Of a DNA stretch of 64,000 nucleotides, positions 29,302-38,268 are shown piece by piece. The notes under the pieces are model-generated. The model saw nothing but the letters and a program-made list of their open reading frames with translations, was not told where the DNA came from and did not search any database. A program made the position numbers and the translations under genes. This DNA is from an uncultured Methanolinea sp. (GTDB lineage Archaea > Halobacteriota > Methanomicrobia > Methanomicrobiales > Methanospirillaceae): assembly GCA_964598545.1 (NCBI GenBank), contig CAZRCH010000003.1:1145-65144 (forward strand). The letters run 5' to 3'. Position 1 is the first letter of the stretch, and each line of letters begins with the position of its first letter.

Positions 29302-31137
29302 ATGTTGGACCGCATTAGGAGATTTATCCATACCATGACGACCAGGTTCATTCCTGGCAGGGGGGAGGAAGAGGCAGCCACTCGTTACTCCTGGGAAGAT
29401 TTCCTGTTTTTTATTCCGCTATTCAGGCCATATCTTGGCGCAATCGCCGTTATTCTCTTTTTAACAGTTATTCGTTCATTCTGCATGGCGTTCATCCCGT
29501 ATTCATCAAAGATCCTTATAGATTCGGTCTTTGGGAACAATCCGATCCAGATTCCGGCTTCCCTCGGGGGGATTTTGAGCCAGCCGGTGCATCAGGTCAT
29601 CACCTTCATGGGAAGTTCACTTTTTTCGTTTATTCTTGTAGTCATTATCGTAGGATTGGCCATCGGTGTTTTTGATATCATCCGCACTTACCTGACCATC
29701 AGGGTCAGGGAAGGTTTCATCATATCACTCCGAACCTCCCTTTACACCCACGTATTGTTTGTTCCCATCCGGTTCTTTCGATCCAAAAAGACCGGGGCAA
29801 TCATCTCCCGGATCTCATCGGACACCGCATACCTCCAGGGGATGGTCATCACACAGTTTCCACAGATCACCTCATCGGTGTTTACCCTCCTGTTCACCAT
29901 AGGGGCGATGATCCTCATCTCGCCAAATCTTACACTTGTATTCGCAGGTGTTTTTCCGATTATGGCGGTGATCAACTACCTCATTTCAGGAAAGATACGT
30001 GCATTGACGTATATGGAACTTGAAAGGCTCTCAGAGATCTTTGCCAGGATGGGTGAAGCAATTGCGGGGATAGAGATGGTAAAGAGCCACGGGGCAGAAC
30101 AGAGAGAAGCAGAAGAGATAGCAACCCAGGTCCGTGACCTGGGAGACACCAGGATCGGCAACAGCCTTCTCAGCGCCCTGGGGGAAAAGAGCCGTGCCCT
30201 CTTTGCAGGTGCAGCCTTTCTTATCATTCTCTGGATTGGTGGCAATCAGGTATTGAGCGGTATCATGTCTCTTGGGGATTTCGTGGCATTTATCGCCTTT
30301 CTTCCCATTGTCGGTGCTGCATTGCAATCCCTCCTCTCTTTCCCACTTCAGATGCAGGGAAGCATCGCAGCTGCAGGAAGGATAAAAGACCTCTTCTCAA
30401 TCCTGAAGGAATACGACCCTGCCGACCGGTCCGAGAGACCGAAGGCCGCTATCAGGGGAGAGATTATCTTTGAAAACGTCTCTTTCTCCTATGATCAGCG
30501 GAGAACTGTCCTTCACAACATTTCGTTGCACGTCGGGCAAGGAGAGATTATCGGGATCATCGGTGAGACTGGCGGAGGCAAGACGACGCTCATACAATTG
30601 ATCCTGAGGTTTTATCCTCCCACAAAAGGAAGAATCCTCCTTGACGGGATCGATATTTCGAAAATCCGGCATGACCACATCAGGATGCTGATCTCATTTA
30701 TCTCCCAGGATCTATTCTTGTTTCATGATACCATCAGGAATAATATACGCTATAGTATCCCCCACGCTACTGACGACGAGATCATTGCCGCCGCACAAGC
30801 TGCTCAACTCCATGAGACCATCCAGACGTTTCCTGAAGGGTACGACACTATTGTCGGAGAACGGGGCCTCCAGCTTTCGGCTGGTCAGCGGCAGCGGATC
30901 TCTCTCGCCCGTGCATTTCTCCGCAATGCACCGATCATGATTATGGACGAACCCAGTTCGTCGCTGGATCCGGAAACCGAATACCGGCTCCTTTCTATAC
31001 TCGCTGAAAAAGCACGCGGAAAAACCGTGATTATCATCACGCACCGCGAAAGTATCCTCCCGGTCTGTGATCGGGTTCTTCAGCTGGTCGATGGGGAACT
31101 TGTTGAAAGAAAGAACCATCACCGAAGAATTATCTGA
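29302..31137 (+). CDS. ABC exporter, fused transmembrane + ATPase domains (type I exporter), no N-terminal peptidase domain
   Basis: Six-TM N-terminal half. Walker A GETGGGKTT, signature LSAGQRQR, Walker B IMIMDEPSSSLD, H-loop ITHR. Confidence 0.88.
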   Translation: MLDRIRRFIHTMTTRFIPGRGEEEAATRYSWEDFLFFIPLFRPYLGAIAVILFLTVIRSFCMAFIPYSSKILIDSVFGNNPIQIPASLGGILSQPVHQVITFMGSSLFSFILVVIIVGLAIGVFDIIRTYLTIRVREGFIISLRTSLYTHVLFVPIRFFRSKKTGAIISRISSDTAYLQGMVITQFPQITSSVFTLLFTIGAMILISPNLTLVFAGVFPIMAVINYLISGKIRALTYMELERLSEIFARMGEAIAGIEMVKSHGAEQREAEEIATQVRDLGDTRIGNSLLSALGEKSRALFAGAAFLIILWIGGNQVLSGIMSLGDFVAFIAFLPIVGAALQSLLSFPLQMQGSIAAAGRIKDLFSILKEYDPADRSERPKAAIRGEIIFENVSFSYDQRRTVLHNISLHVGQGEIIGIIGETGGGKTTLIQLILRFYPPTKGRILLDGIDISKIRHDHIRMLISFISQDLFLFHDTIRNNIRYSIPHATDDEIIAAAQAAQLHETIQTFPEGYDTIVGERGLQLSAGQRQRISLARAFLRNAPIMIMDEPSSSLDPETEYRLLSILAEKARGKTVIIITHRESILPVCDRVLQLVDGELVERKNHHRRII

Positions 31138-31446
31138 TTTGAGCCCCCATGTCATCAGCGATGCATTCCGGGATAGGCTTTTTCTGTTACCTGTTCATCA
31201 TTGAAACCCGGGGGCTCGTCATATCTCTCTTTCGTGCAGGGAACCTACCTATGGGAAAACGCAATGTATCTTTCTCTCCTATCCCTGACAAACCGATTCG
31301 GATCGATGGAAAATTCAGACTGTTATCGAACCATCCGAAGAATAAATCAGGATTATTTGATAGGATCAAATCAAAAGAGGATACTCTCTGCGATTCACAG
31401 ATGTTCAAAAAACCCCTCTTATTTGTACTGAAGGTGTTGCCAGCAC

Positions 31447-34047
31447 ATGCCTCCCAATGACCTGACAACGTCCGGACTGGTCGAAAAATGGTCAGCAAGA
31501 AGTGCGGATTCTCCTGCAATTATCGATACATCGGGCATGGTAATCTCATATCGGGATCTTTCCGGAATCATCTCCTCGTGGAAACAGGCACTTATACGCC
31601 AGGGCATCGGTAACGGTTCCCGGGTCGCTGTTGTCCTCCCCAATGGATCGGACATGGCTACAACATTCCTCGGGATTACTGCTGTTGCGACCTGTGCTCC
31701 ATTAAACCCATATTATTCACGTGACGAGTTCTTCTTTTACTTACAGGACTCGGGGTGCGTTGGATTACTGGTCGGCGACAGCTGTCCGATCGCAGCAGAA
31801 GAGGCGGCACAGGATCTGGGAATCCCATGCTACAAGCTCCGACCAATCAAAGAGGTGCTCTCCGGCGTATCCCCGGTTTATGGAGAGGTACACTCACATA
31901 ATCCCATGATACCACCGGTCGTGCCGGATTCACACCCTGAAGACTCCGCCATTATCCTTCATACTTCCGGGACCACAGGGAAGCCTAAAAGGGTGCCGCT
32001 CAGGCAGGATCGCATCTGCAGGAATGCTGCCGCCATTGCAGGAACCCTGCACCTCACTCCTGCAGACCGGTGTCTCAACCTGATGCCGCTCTTTCACGTA
32101 CACGGACTGGTAGGCTGCCTCCTCGCAACCATCTATTCCGGGGGAGCGATCATCACCACCCCGGGCTTTCAGCCGGATAAAATTGCAGGCTGGTTGCGCG
32201 ACCTCGAACCCACCTGGCTTTCCGCAGTCCCTGCAATCCACCATTCACTCCTGCGGGTTGTCGGGAATTATGAAGAAATCACACACCATCTGCGGTTTAT
32301 CCGATCATGTTCGGCCCCGCTCCCCCCATCTCTGCTTCAGGATATGGAGGAGCGATTTAAAGTCCCTGTAATCGAAGCATACGGGATGACGGAGGCATCC
32401 CATCAGATCGCGTCGAACCCACTTCCCCCTGCCTCCCACAAACCCGGTTCGGTCGGTATACCTACCGGCTACACCATCAGGATCCAGGACCGGCGTGGCC
32501 AGGAATGCGATCCCGGCATGCGGGGAGAGGTCTGGATCTGCGGAGAGAATCTCTTCTCCGGATACGAGGATAATCCGGATGCGAATTCCGAAGATTTCAT
32601 GAGCGGTTTCTTCCGCACAGGAGATGAGGGATATGTCGATCCTGAGGGGTATCTGTTTCTCACCGGGCGATTAAAGGAATTGATCAACAAGGGGGGGGAG
32701 AAAGTCGCTCCCCGTGAGATAGAAGAAGTATTCCTGCACTACGCCGGCGTTGACCAGGCTGTCGCATTTGGCATCCCGCACAAAGAACTCGGGGAGGATA
32801 TCGGGCTCATCCTCGTTCCTTCCCCTGGGTACGAACTGGCAATAGCGAATCTCAAGCAGCATGCCCTCCAGCACCTTGCTCATTGGAAAGTCCCCTCAAA
32901 GATTAAAATCATGGACGAGGTTCCAAAAGGCCCGACAGGAAAGGTCAGGAGACGCGATCTTGCAGCGCTCCTATTGGATTTGGACAGGCACCCTGAACCA
33001 TTACCTCGGCATCGCGGGAATCACCCTTGCGAGTGGGAATCCCCTTCCGAACTTGAAGAACAGATCCAGAAAATCTGGGCGGATACACTCCAGAGTGGGC
33101 CTATAGGCCTTGATGAAGACTTCTTTTCTCTCGGGGGATACTCGCTCACTGCCCTGGGAATCACCACAGAACTCGAGCGATCATTTGCGGTCGAGCTCGC
33201 TCCCTCCATCCTCTTCAGTGCGCCTACAATCAGGGAGCTCGCCGAAGTGATAGCAAGGGAAAGATCCGGGGAGCCACTCCCGACTTTGGTCCCGTTCCGG
33301 AAAAAAGGAGACCGGGTCCCCCTCTTTCTCGTCCCGCCAGGGCATGGAAACGCATTTTTCTACCGGGAATTTGCCGCGCTCCTTGGATCGGATCAACCCT
33401 TCTACTCATTCTCCCGGTATCCGATGCCCACAGCTCCCGGCTCTATCGAGGGTATCGCAGCCAGGAATATCGATGAGATCCTTCGGATCAATCCTGAGGG
33501 ACCGTTCCTGGTCGGTGGTTATTGCTTTGGTGCTGTCGTCGCCCTTGAGATGGCTCACCGGTTGCAGGAACGGGGATTGGAAGTGCGGGGCCTGATGATT
33601 ATCGATCCCGACCAACTTCCAAATGGCCCTGATTGGACTTGGGAGCACCCGCAGCAGACCCGGAAAGAGTTCCTTCTATGGCTTATCCGGGGTGGCCCAC
33701 GGCGTTGGTATTGGTTTGTGCCCATTTACATCTCCCGTAAGATCCGCCCACCGCGATTCACTCCTGAAGATCAGAAGCAATTGGAGATCCTCCTCGCCAA
33801 CACCAGAATGCTCCGGGATTACCGCGCCAGGCCTTATAAGGGTCGTGCGATAGTGTTCCACCAGGAGAAGGCTGATAAAACAATGAGAAAACGGTGGGGG
33901 ATCATCCTTGGGGAGTCAGCAAAGTCCATAATTATTCCGGGCACGAAGCACAACGAAGTGCTGGATCGAGGAGGCAGGCGGATAGCGGACCAAATGAGAG
34001 ATTTTTCGAATCTCACAGATAATTATGACCAGATATCTAATCCGTAG
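31447..34047 (+). CDS. stand-alone adenylation - thiolation (carrier) - thioesterase protein (NRPS-like A-T-TE)
   Basis: ANL motifs LHTSGTTGKPKRV, LFHVHGL, EAYGMTEASH, FRTGDEGY...GRLKELINKGGEKV, PKGPTGKVRR. Carrier motif FFSLGGYSLTAL (Ser566, nt 33142-33144). Alpha/beta-hydrolase TE with GGYCFGAVVA (Cys693, nt 33523-33525) and a C-terminal GTKHNEV. Confidence 0.85.
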   Translation: MPPNDLTTSGLVEKWSARSADSPAIIDTSGMVISYRDLSGIISSWKQALIRQGIGNGSRVAVVLPNGSDMATTFLGITAVATCAPLNPYYSRDEFFFYLQDSGCVGLLVGDSCPIAAEEAAQDLGIPCYKLRPIKEVLSGVSPVYGEVHSHNPMIPPVVPDSHPEDSAIILHTSGTTGKPKRVPLRQDRICRNAAAIAGTLHLTPADRCLNLMPLFHVHGLVGCLLATIYSGGAIITTPGFQPDKIAGWLRDLEPTWLSAVPAIHHSLLRVVGNYEEITHHLRFIRSCSAPLPPSLLQDMEERFKVPVIEAYGMTEASHQIASNPLPPASHKPGSVGIPTGYTIRIQDRRGQECDPGMRGEVWICGENLFSGYEDNPDANSEDFMSGFFRTGDEGYVDPEGYLFLTGRLKELINKGGEKVAPREIEEVFLHYAGVDQAVAFGIPHKELGEDIGLILVPSPGYELAIANLKQHALQHLAHWKVPSKIKIMDEVPKGPTGKVRRRDLAALLLDLDRHPEPLPRHRGNHPCEWESPSELEEQIQKIWADTLQSGPIGLDEDFFSLGGYSLTALGITTELERSFAVELAPSILFSAPTIRELAEVIARERSGEPLPTLVPFRKKGDRVPLFLVPPGHGNAFFYREFAALLGSDQPFYSFSRYPMPTAPGSIEGIAARNIDEILRINPEGPFLVGGYCFGAVVALEMAHRLQERGLEVRGLMIIDPDQLPNGPDWTWEHPQQTRKEFLLWLIRGGPRRWYWFVPIYISRKIRPPRFTPEDQKQLEILLANTRMLRDYRARPYKGRAIVFHQEKADKTMRKRWGIILGESAKSIIIPGTKHNEVLDRGGRRIADQMRDFSNLTDNYDQISNP

Positions 34048-34671
34048 TTGTCTGATACCAGAAAAAATTTGAGATCCCGCCATCATTATTCTGCCTCCTT
34101 GCTGTTTTGTATATAGACTAAATTGAGGTTGTTGTCTCGCAAACCTATTCAGTCACAAACCGCCACCGGGGCGTCCCATCGGGGGGTGCGGTGTGAATCG
34201 CATACCAGGGTGGGGAGAAGGGAGCCCCTACAAAATTCATACGATTCGCCAATCCTGCCTATACCAGATAGCGAAGAGCTGTTTTCCTCTTACGCTTTAT
34301 AAAAACCGAAACTTATCGATTTGAGTGTCCATTAAAATAAGGTATTGTGAAGAGATACTGGTTGCAGGAATGGCAGCGGTGACCAGGGAGGGGGTGAATA
34401 GGCCAGGCAGCACTTTGGACCTGTGAAACTGGAACCACTGTGGGATACCCTAATTCATCGGCTGCATTCTTTCCCTCCCTCTACTTTTTAACATATTAAA
34501 AAAGGAAAAATCGATTCATTACAAATACCACGTATGGGAGATATTTAATTCGCAGTCTCGCCTACAAGACCTGCGATATCATTTGACCTATGCATAATAG
34601 ATGGCCTGGTTATTTCCTGGAGAACCAGGGGGCAATATATGAATGCAACAGTGTTGAAAAGATTTCAAGCA

Positions 34672-35145
34672 TTATTTTTGGATTTTTCCGTTCAAATGAA
34701 GGCTCAGCTTATCCCCGATGGCTATCCCATTCCTCTCGCAGTATCCCCCGTTCACTTCGATCAAATACGCAGAAACGGAATCTGACGTAATCATCTCTTT
34801 GCTCATGGGGATAAGGTCCCTTTTAATATCGACAACTGAAAGATCCGGTGAGATTATTATCATATCCAGTGGGATCAGAGTATTCTTCATCCAGAACCCA
34901 ATCTTGTGAGGTTTTTCAAATACAAAGATCATTCCGGAGTGTTCGGGAAGGCTCTTCTGGAACATCAGGCCTTTCGTCTTTTTTTGGGGTGTATCTGCAA
35001 TTTTTAGATTGATTCTTCGGTGATTTCCATGCTGGCTGGAAATGATGGCATAAGGTTGTGTTCGAAAATACCTTCTGTATATCAGAAATAGGCCTATGCT
35101 AATGCCTAGGCATATGAATATGGCGATATCCAAATCCATGAACAA
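34672..35145 (-). CDS. DUF192 family protein with an N-terminal membrane anchor
   Basis: TM helix (IAIFICLGISIGLFLIY), then ADTPQKKTKGLMFQKSLPEHSGMIFVF...IGFWMKNTLIPLDMIIIS, the DUF192 core pattern. Confidence 0.7.
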   Translation of the reverse strand: MFMDLDIAIFICLGISIGLFLIYRRYFRTQPYAIISSQHGNHRRINLKIADTPQKKTKGLMFQKSLPEHSGMIFVFEKPHKIGFWMKNTLIPLDMIIISPDLSVVDIKRDLIPMSKEMITSDSVSAYLIEVNGGYCERNGIAIGDKLSLHLNGKIQK

Positions 35146-35217
35146 CGATCATAGGATATTTACCATCCTATTTTGATAAAGATCTCTTCGAGCCATTATC
35201 CCAGAATAGACCACAAT

Positions 35218-35236
35218 CTATATTAGCCTTTAAAAT
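35218..35236 (+). promoter_or_regulatory. AT-rich TATA-box-like elements upstream of the 56-aa ORF (possible leaderless transcript)
   Basis: ctatatta (35218-35225) and tttaaaat (35229-35236) lie 15-33 nt upstream of ATG 35251. No Shine-Dalgarno-like GGAGG in between. Confidence 0.3.
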
Positions 35237-35250
35237 CTTTTTACATTTAT

Positions 35251-35421
35251 ATGGCATACGAGAAACCCAGACTGATTGATCTGAGTGCGCATCCTGAAAC
35301 AGGACATGGTCAGATGAGGGAATGCAAATCAGGGAGTGGTGCAGCTGGACCCTGTATTGGCGGTTCAGGCCCCGGTGTTGATATTTGTACAGCGGGGCAG
35401 GGCGGATTCAGGCCACCTTAA
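35251..35421 (+). CDS. candidate RiPP precursor peptide, 56 aa, Gly/Cys-rich core with three CxxGxG units
   Basis: My translation: MAYEKPRLIDLSAHPETGHGQMRECKSGSGAAGPCIGGSGPGVDICTAGQGGFRPP*. The ORF is below the 60-aa cutoff of the supplied track. It has a charged N-terminal 'leader' and a Gly-rich C-terminal half with Cys25/35/46. It lies inside the rSAM/PqqD cluster, flanked by AT-rich spacers. Confidence 0.6.
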   Translation: MAYEKPRLIDLSAHPETGHGQMRECKSGSGAAGPCIGGSGPGVDICTAGQGGFRPP

Positions 35422-35471
35422 ATACGTATCTAATATTACAGCGTTAATTTAACAAATTTCAAACATATTCA

Positions 35472-35484
35472 TTTTTTATCTTTT
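35472..35484 (+). terminator. oligo-T tract(s) downstream of the peptide ORF (archaeal-type terminator candidate)
   Basis: attttttatctttt lies about 50 nt after the TAA. Confidence 0.25.
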
Positions 35485-35726
35485 CAGAATTCATATCCAT
35501 TAAATAACTTTTTCAAATTATCATAATAATTAAAGGATAGCGTCTCATTGCCATGGTATATCTCTAACCCAGAATAAGAAATGAAATTCCAGGATCCGAC
35601 AGGAGTCAGGGTGCAAAGAAGAGGTATATGAACGTATACTACTCGTACTAAGGATTGTTCGGAAAAACTATTCATCGAAAAAAGTAGTTCACATAGGAAT
35701 ATCCCTGGAAATTAAACTACATCATT

Positions 35727-36971
35727 ATGGTCACACGACTGATTGATCAAAATAATAAATATATATCGTTCGATCAACCGGAGGTTCCTGGCTTTCTGTT
35801 TACTTCATGCCCCCCACTTCTTTCCCTTATTCAACTATTGAATCGGAATAGATTGCATAATGAACCATTTCCTAATGATTCATGGAATAATATCGTTCAT
35901 TTTGCACAAAAAATGCATTTGACACCCCTTCTCTATTCTACACTTAAATCTAAAGAAAATGTTATTCCTCCTCCTGAAATTTTCATGCAATTGAAATCGT
36001 TCTATCAAGCAAATGCGGCCCGAAATCTTTTTTTCACTCATAGCCTGCTTGTTTTGTTAACCGAATTAGGGAAAAAAAACATACAGGCTATACCATTGAA
36101 AGGGATATATCTTGCCAATTGCGTGTATGATAATCCCTCTGCAAGACAGATGAACGACCTGGACATCATGGTCCGTTGGGAGGATGTTCCAGCTGCGTGG
36201 GGTATCGTTGAGAACCTGGGATTCAAAGCTTCCGACACGTTCCATCTTGATGATACCTATCGTCGGATAAAGCACCATGCGCCTGATTTTCTTCATCCAT
36301 CCGGAACCAGAGCGGAAATTCACTGGAATATTCTCTCTCCGAATGGTGGCAATAGAGGGAAAAGTCTGGAAGACATGATCTGGCTTCACACTATGCCAGG
36401 AGAGATCTTGGGAAAAAAAGCACTTTTTTTAAGACCGGAACTATCCATACTTCATTCTACGATTCATCTGACATTCCTTCACATGTTTAACTCCGGGATC
36501 CGCGATATTTATGATATCGATAATATTCACAGGAAATTCCGTGGTACTATTGACTGGGAATTTCTCATGGCTTTTTCGAAGAGGTTCAGGTTTGAACGGG
36601 CACTACACCTTGTTCTTGCTCTTACCGATATCATCACAGGCTCAGATATTTCAGGTGAATTGAATAAAAATGGCCTTCATCTTGAAATTCCCGATAGCAT
36701 TCTCATTTTTGCGGTGAATGAGATTATACGGGGAGGTTCAAATGACAGCCTTTCAATAAAGTTATTGACATCAAATCCAGGCCCTTTTGTAACAACACGT
36801 GCATTGGTGAACTGGTTTTTCCCCGGTCGTGACGAGATAAGAGACAAATATCATGTACCTCCGGGTCCTTTTGGGGTGTATCGTTGTTATCCAATCCTCA
36901 ATTACTATCGAGTTACCCATTTTGACAAGATAGTACGCGATTTTTCCTTTGGCAGATGGATGAACGGGTGA
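35727..36971 (+). CDS. uncharacterised nucleotidyltransferase family protein (PF14907/NTP_transf_5-like)
   Basis: LKGIYLANCVYDNPSARQMNDLDIMV matches the family hallmark (KG..L...Y.....R...D.D.lV). Followed by the typical HH..D / EIHW region. 414 aa. Confidence 0.7.
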   Translation: MVTRLIDQNNKYISFDQPEVPGFLFTSCPPLLSLIQLLNRNRLHNEPFPNDSWNNIVHFAQKMHLTPLLYSTLKSKENVIPPPEIFMQLKSFYQANAARNLFFTHSLLVLLTELGKKNIQAIPLKGIYLANCVYDNPSARQMNDLDIMVRWEDVPAAWGIVENLGFKASDTFHLDDTYRRIKHHAPDFLHPSGTRAEIHWNILSPNGGNRGKSLEDMIWLHTMPGEILGKKALFLRPELSILHSTIHLTFLHMFNSGIRDIYDIDNIHRKFRGTIDWEFLMAFSKRFRFERALHLVLALTDIITGSDISGELNKNGLHLEIPDSILIFAVNEIIRGGSNDSLSIKLLTSNPGPFVTTRALVNWFFPGRDEIRDKYHVPPGPFGVYRCYPILNYYRVTHFDKIVRDFSFGRWMNG

Positions 36972-37064
36972 CATACAGCTCTTTAAATGAAAGAAGAAAA
37001 AAATATTACCATCAATTTGCTTAAGATATTTCATTCATTTTTTGATCTGTCCTCTCACTCATCA

Positions 37065-38222
37065 TCACCCGAAAAGCCTTGTTCCGGGGAACAGCCCGGC
37101 CTCTGCAGCATCCTCACAGAACTTATGCCCTGCGAGGAGATCGTGATATACATAATAATTCCCTGCAATACACTGACCGAGGCATATGTTCTTCATGAGG
37201 CATCGCGCACAGATACCCTTCAGGCCGTCGGGAAGGTGTTCCCGCAAATCGTTGAGTTCACGGGAATTTTCCCAGATGTCCCTGATATTATCATCTTTTG
37301 CGTGACCGAAACAGAGCTCGGGGACATTCTTTCCTATCCCGCAAAGGGCAAACGTTCCATCGTGAAGCACTCCGAGGATCGTGAAGATACCGCATCCACC
37401 ACAGGCATTGTCCAAATCGAACATTGCCGAGAGCGGAATAAAAGCCTTCGGGATGTTGGTCAACAGGGGAATCCCAATCTCTTGGCGGAGCTCTTTTATG
37501 ATCCAGTTCGACAATGCGATTTGCTCCTGCACCGTCACCGTCTCTCCCTTCTGCTCCATCACCTCCCCCCGCACCGTGGGGGTGATAAAATTGTATTTCA
37601 CCGATGAGGCACCCAGATCGCGGGCATACCGGGCAAGGCTCTCGATTTCATCCCCGTTCCGGCCGGCAACTGCCATGATCACCTGTGGATGGATCCCGGT
37701 CTCGACGAGTGTCCTGACTCCCTGGGACGCCCTCTCGAAGGAGCCGGAGACCCCCCTCATCCACTCGTGATTCTGTTTCATGCCATCGATACTGATCGAG
37801 ATAAAATGGCCCTTGCAGGACTTGATGAGATCCGCGATGTGGGGTGTCATGGCAACCCCGTTGGATTCAATGGAGAGCGCAAGCCCTTCGTCCCTGATAA
37901 AACGAAGGATCGGAATAATGTCCGGGTGGATCAAAGGCTCTCCCCCGGTCAGTTTCACTGTAGTAAGCCCAATCTCTTTTGCCTCCGTCACAATTTTTTT
38001 GAAGAGCGCGAAGGGAAGCGCCTTTTTTGAAGTATCGGCATTCAGGAAGTCGGGGGCAATCCAGCAGTGCCGGCATGCCATGTTGCAGTCCCCTGTGAGG
38101 TAAAAATAGAGAGTCCGGAGTGGAGGTATGATCTTTTTTTCTTCCGGACTCGTGAGAGCATCACTTGCGTCCATACTCATCAGAACAATTAAAGGGCAGG
38201 ATGCCCCCCACGTATATTCCAT
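37065..38222 (-). CDS. radical SAM enzyme with a C-terminal SPASM domain (PqqE-like peptide maturase), copy 2
   Basis: CxxxCxxC = CNMACRHC. GGEPL. SPASM: CGGCG...GTFALCG and CARCLMKNICLGQC (CxxCx5Cx3C). Confidence 0.88.
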   Translation of the reverse strand: MEYTWGASCPLIVLMSMDASDALTSPEEKKIIPPLRTLYFYLTGDCNMACRHCWIAPDFLNADTSKKALPFALFKKIVTEAKEIGLTTVKLTGGEPLIHPDIIPILRFIRDEGLALSIESNGVAMTPHIADLIKSCKGHFISISIDGMKQNHEWMRGVSGSFERASQGVRTLVETGIHPQVIMAVAGRNGDEIESLARYARDLGASSVKYNFITPTVRGEVMEQKGETVTVQEQIALSNWIIKELRQEIGIPLLTNIPKAFIPLSAMFDLDNACGGCGIFTILGVLHDGTFALCGIGKNVPELCFGHAKDDNIRDIWENSRELNDLREHLPDGLKGICARCLMKNICLGQCIAGNYYVYHDLLAGHKFCEDAAEAGLFPGTRLFG

Positions 38223-38268
38223 CTCATCGTATCTGTCATCCGATACAGAGAGTATCCGTCCATGATCT

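Noticed and set aside
31149-31460. 103-aa ORF between the ABC exporter and the A-T-TE gene (checked for an MbtH-like or second precursor role)
   Set aside because: No MbtH signature and no Cys/Gly-rich core. Its composition looks like translated AT-rich spacer.
35484-35675. 63-aa minus-strand ORF between the peptide ORF and the nucleotidyltransferase gene
   Set aside because: It lies in an extremely AT-rich spacer containing the putative terminator T-runs. No motifs.
36987-37607. 206-aa plus-strand ORF overlapping the rSAM/SPASM gene
   Set aside because: It is antisense to a gene with clear CxxxCxxC and SPASM motifs and has no motifs of its own. Typical shadow ORF.
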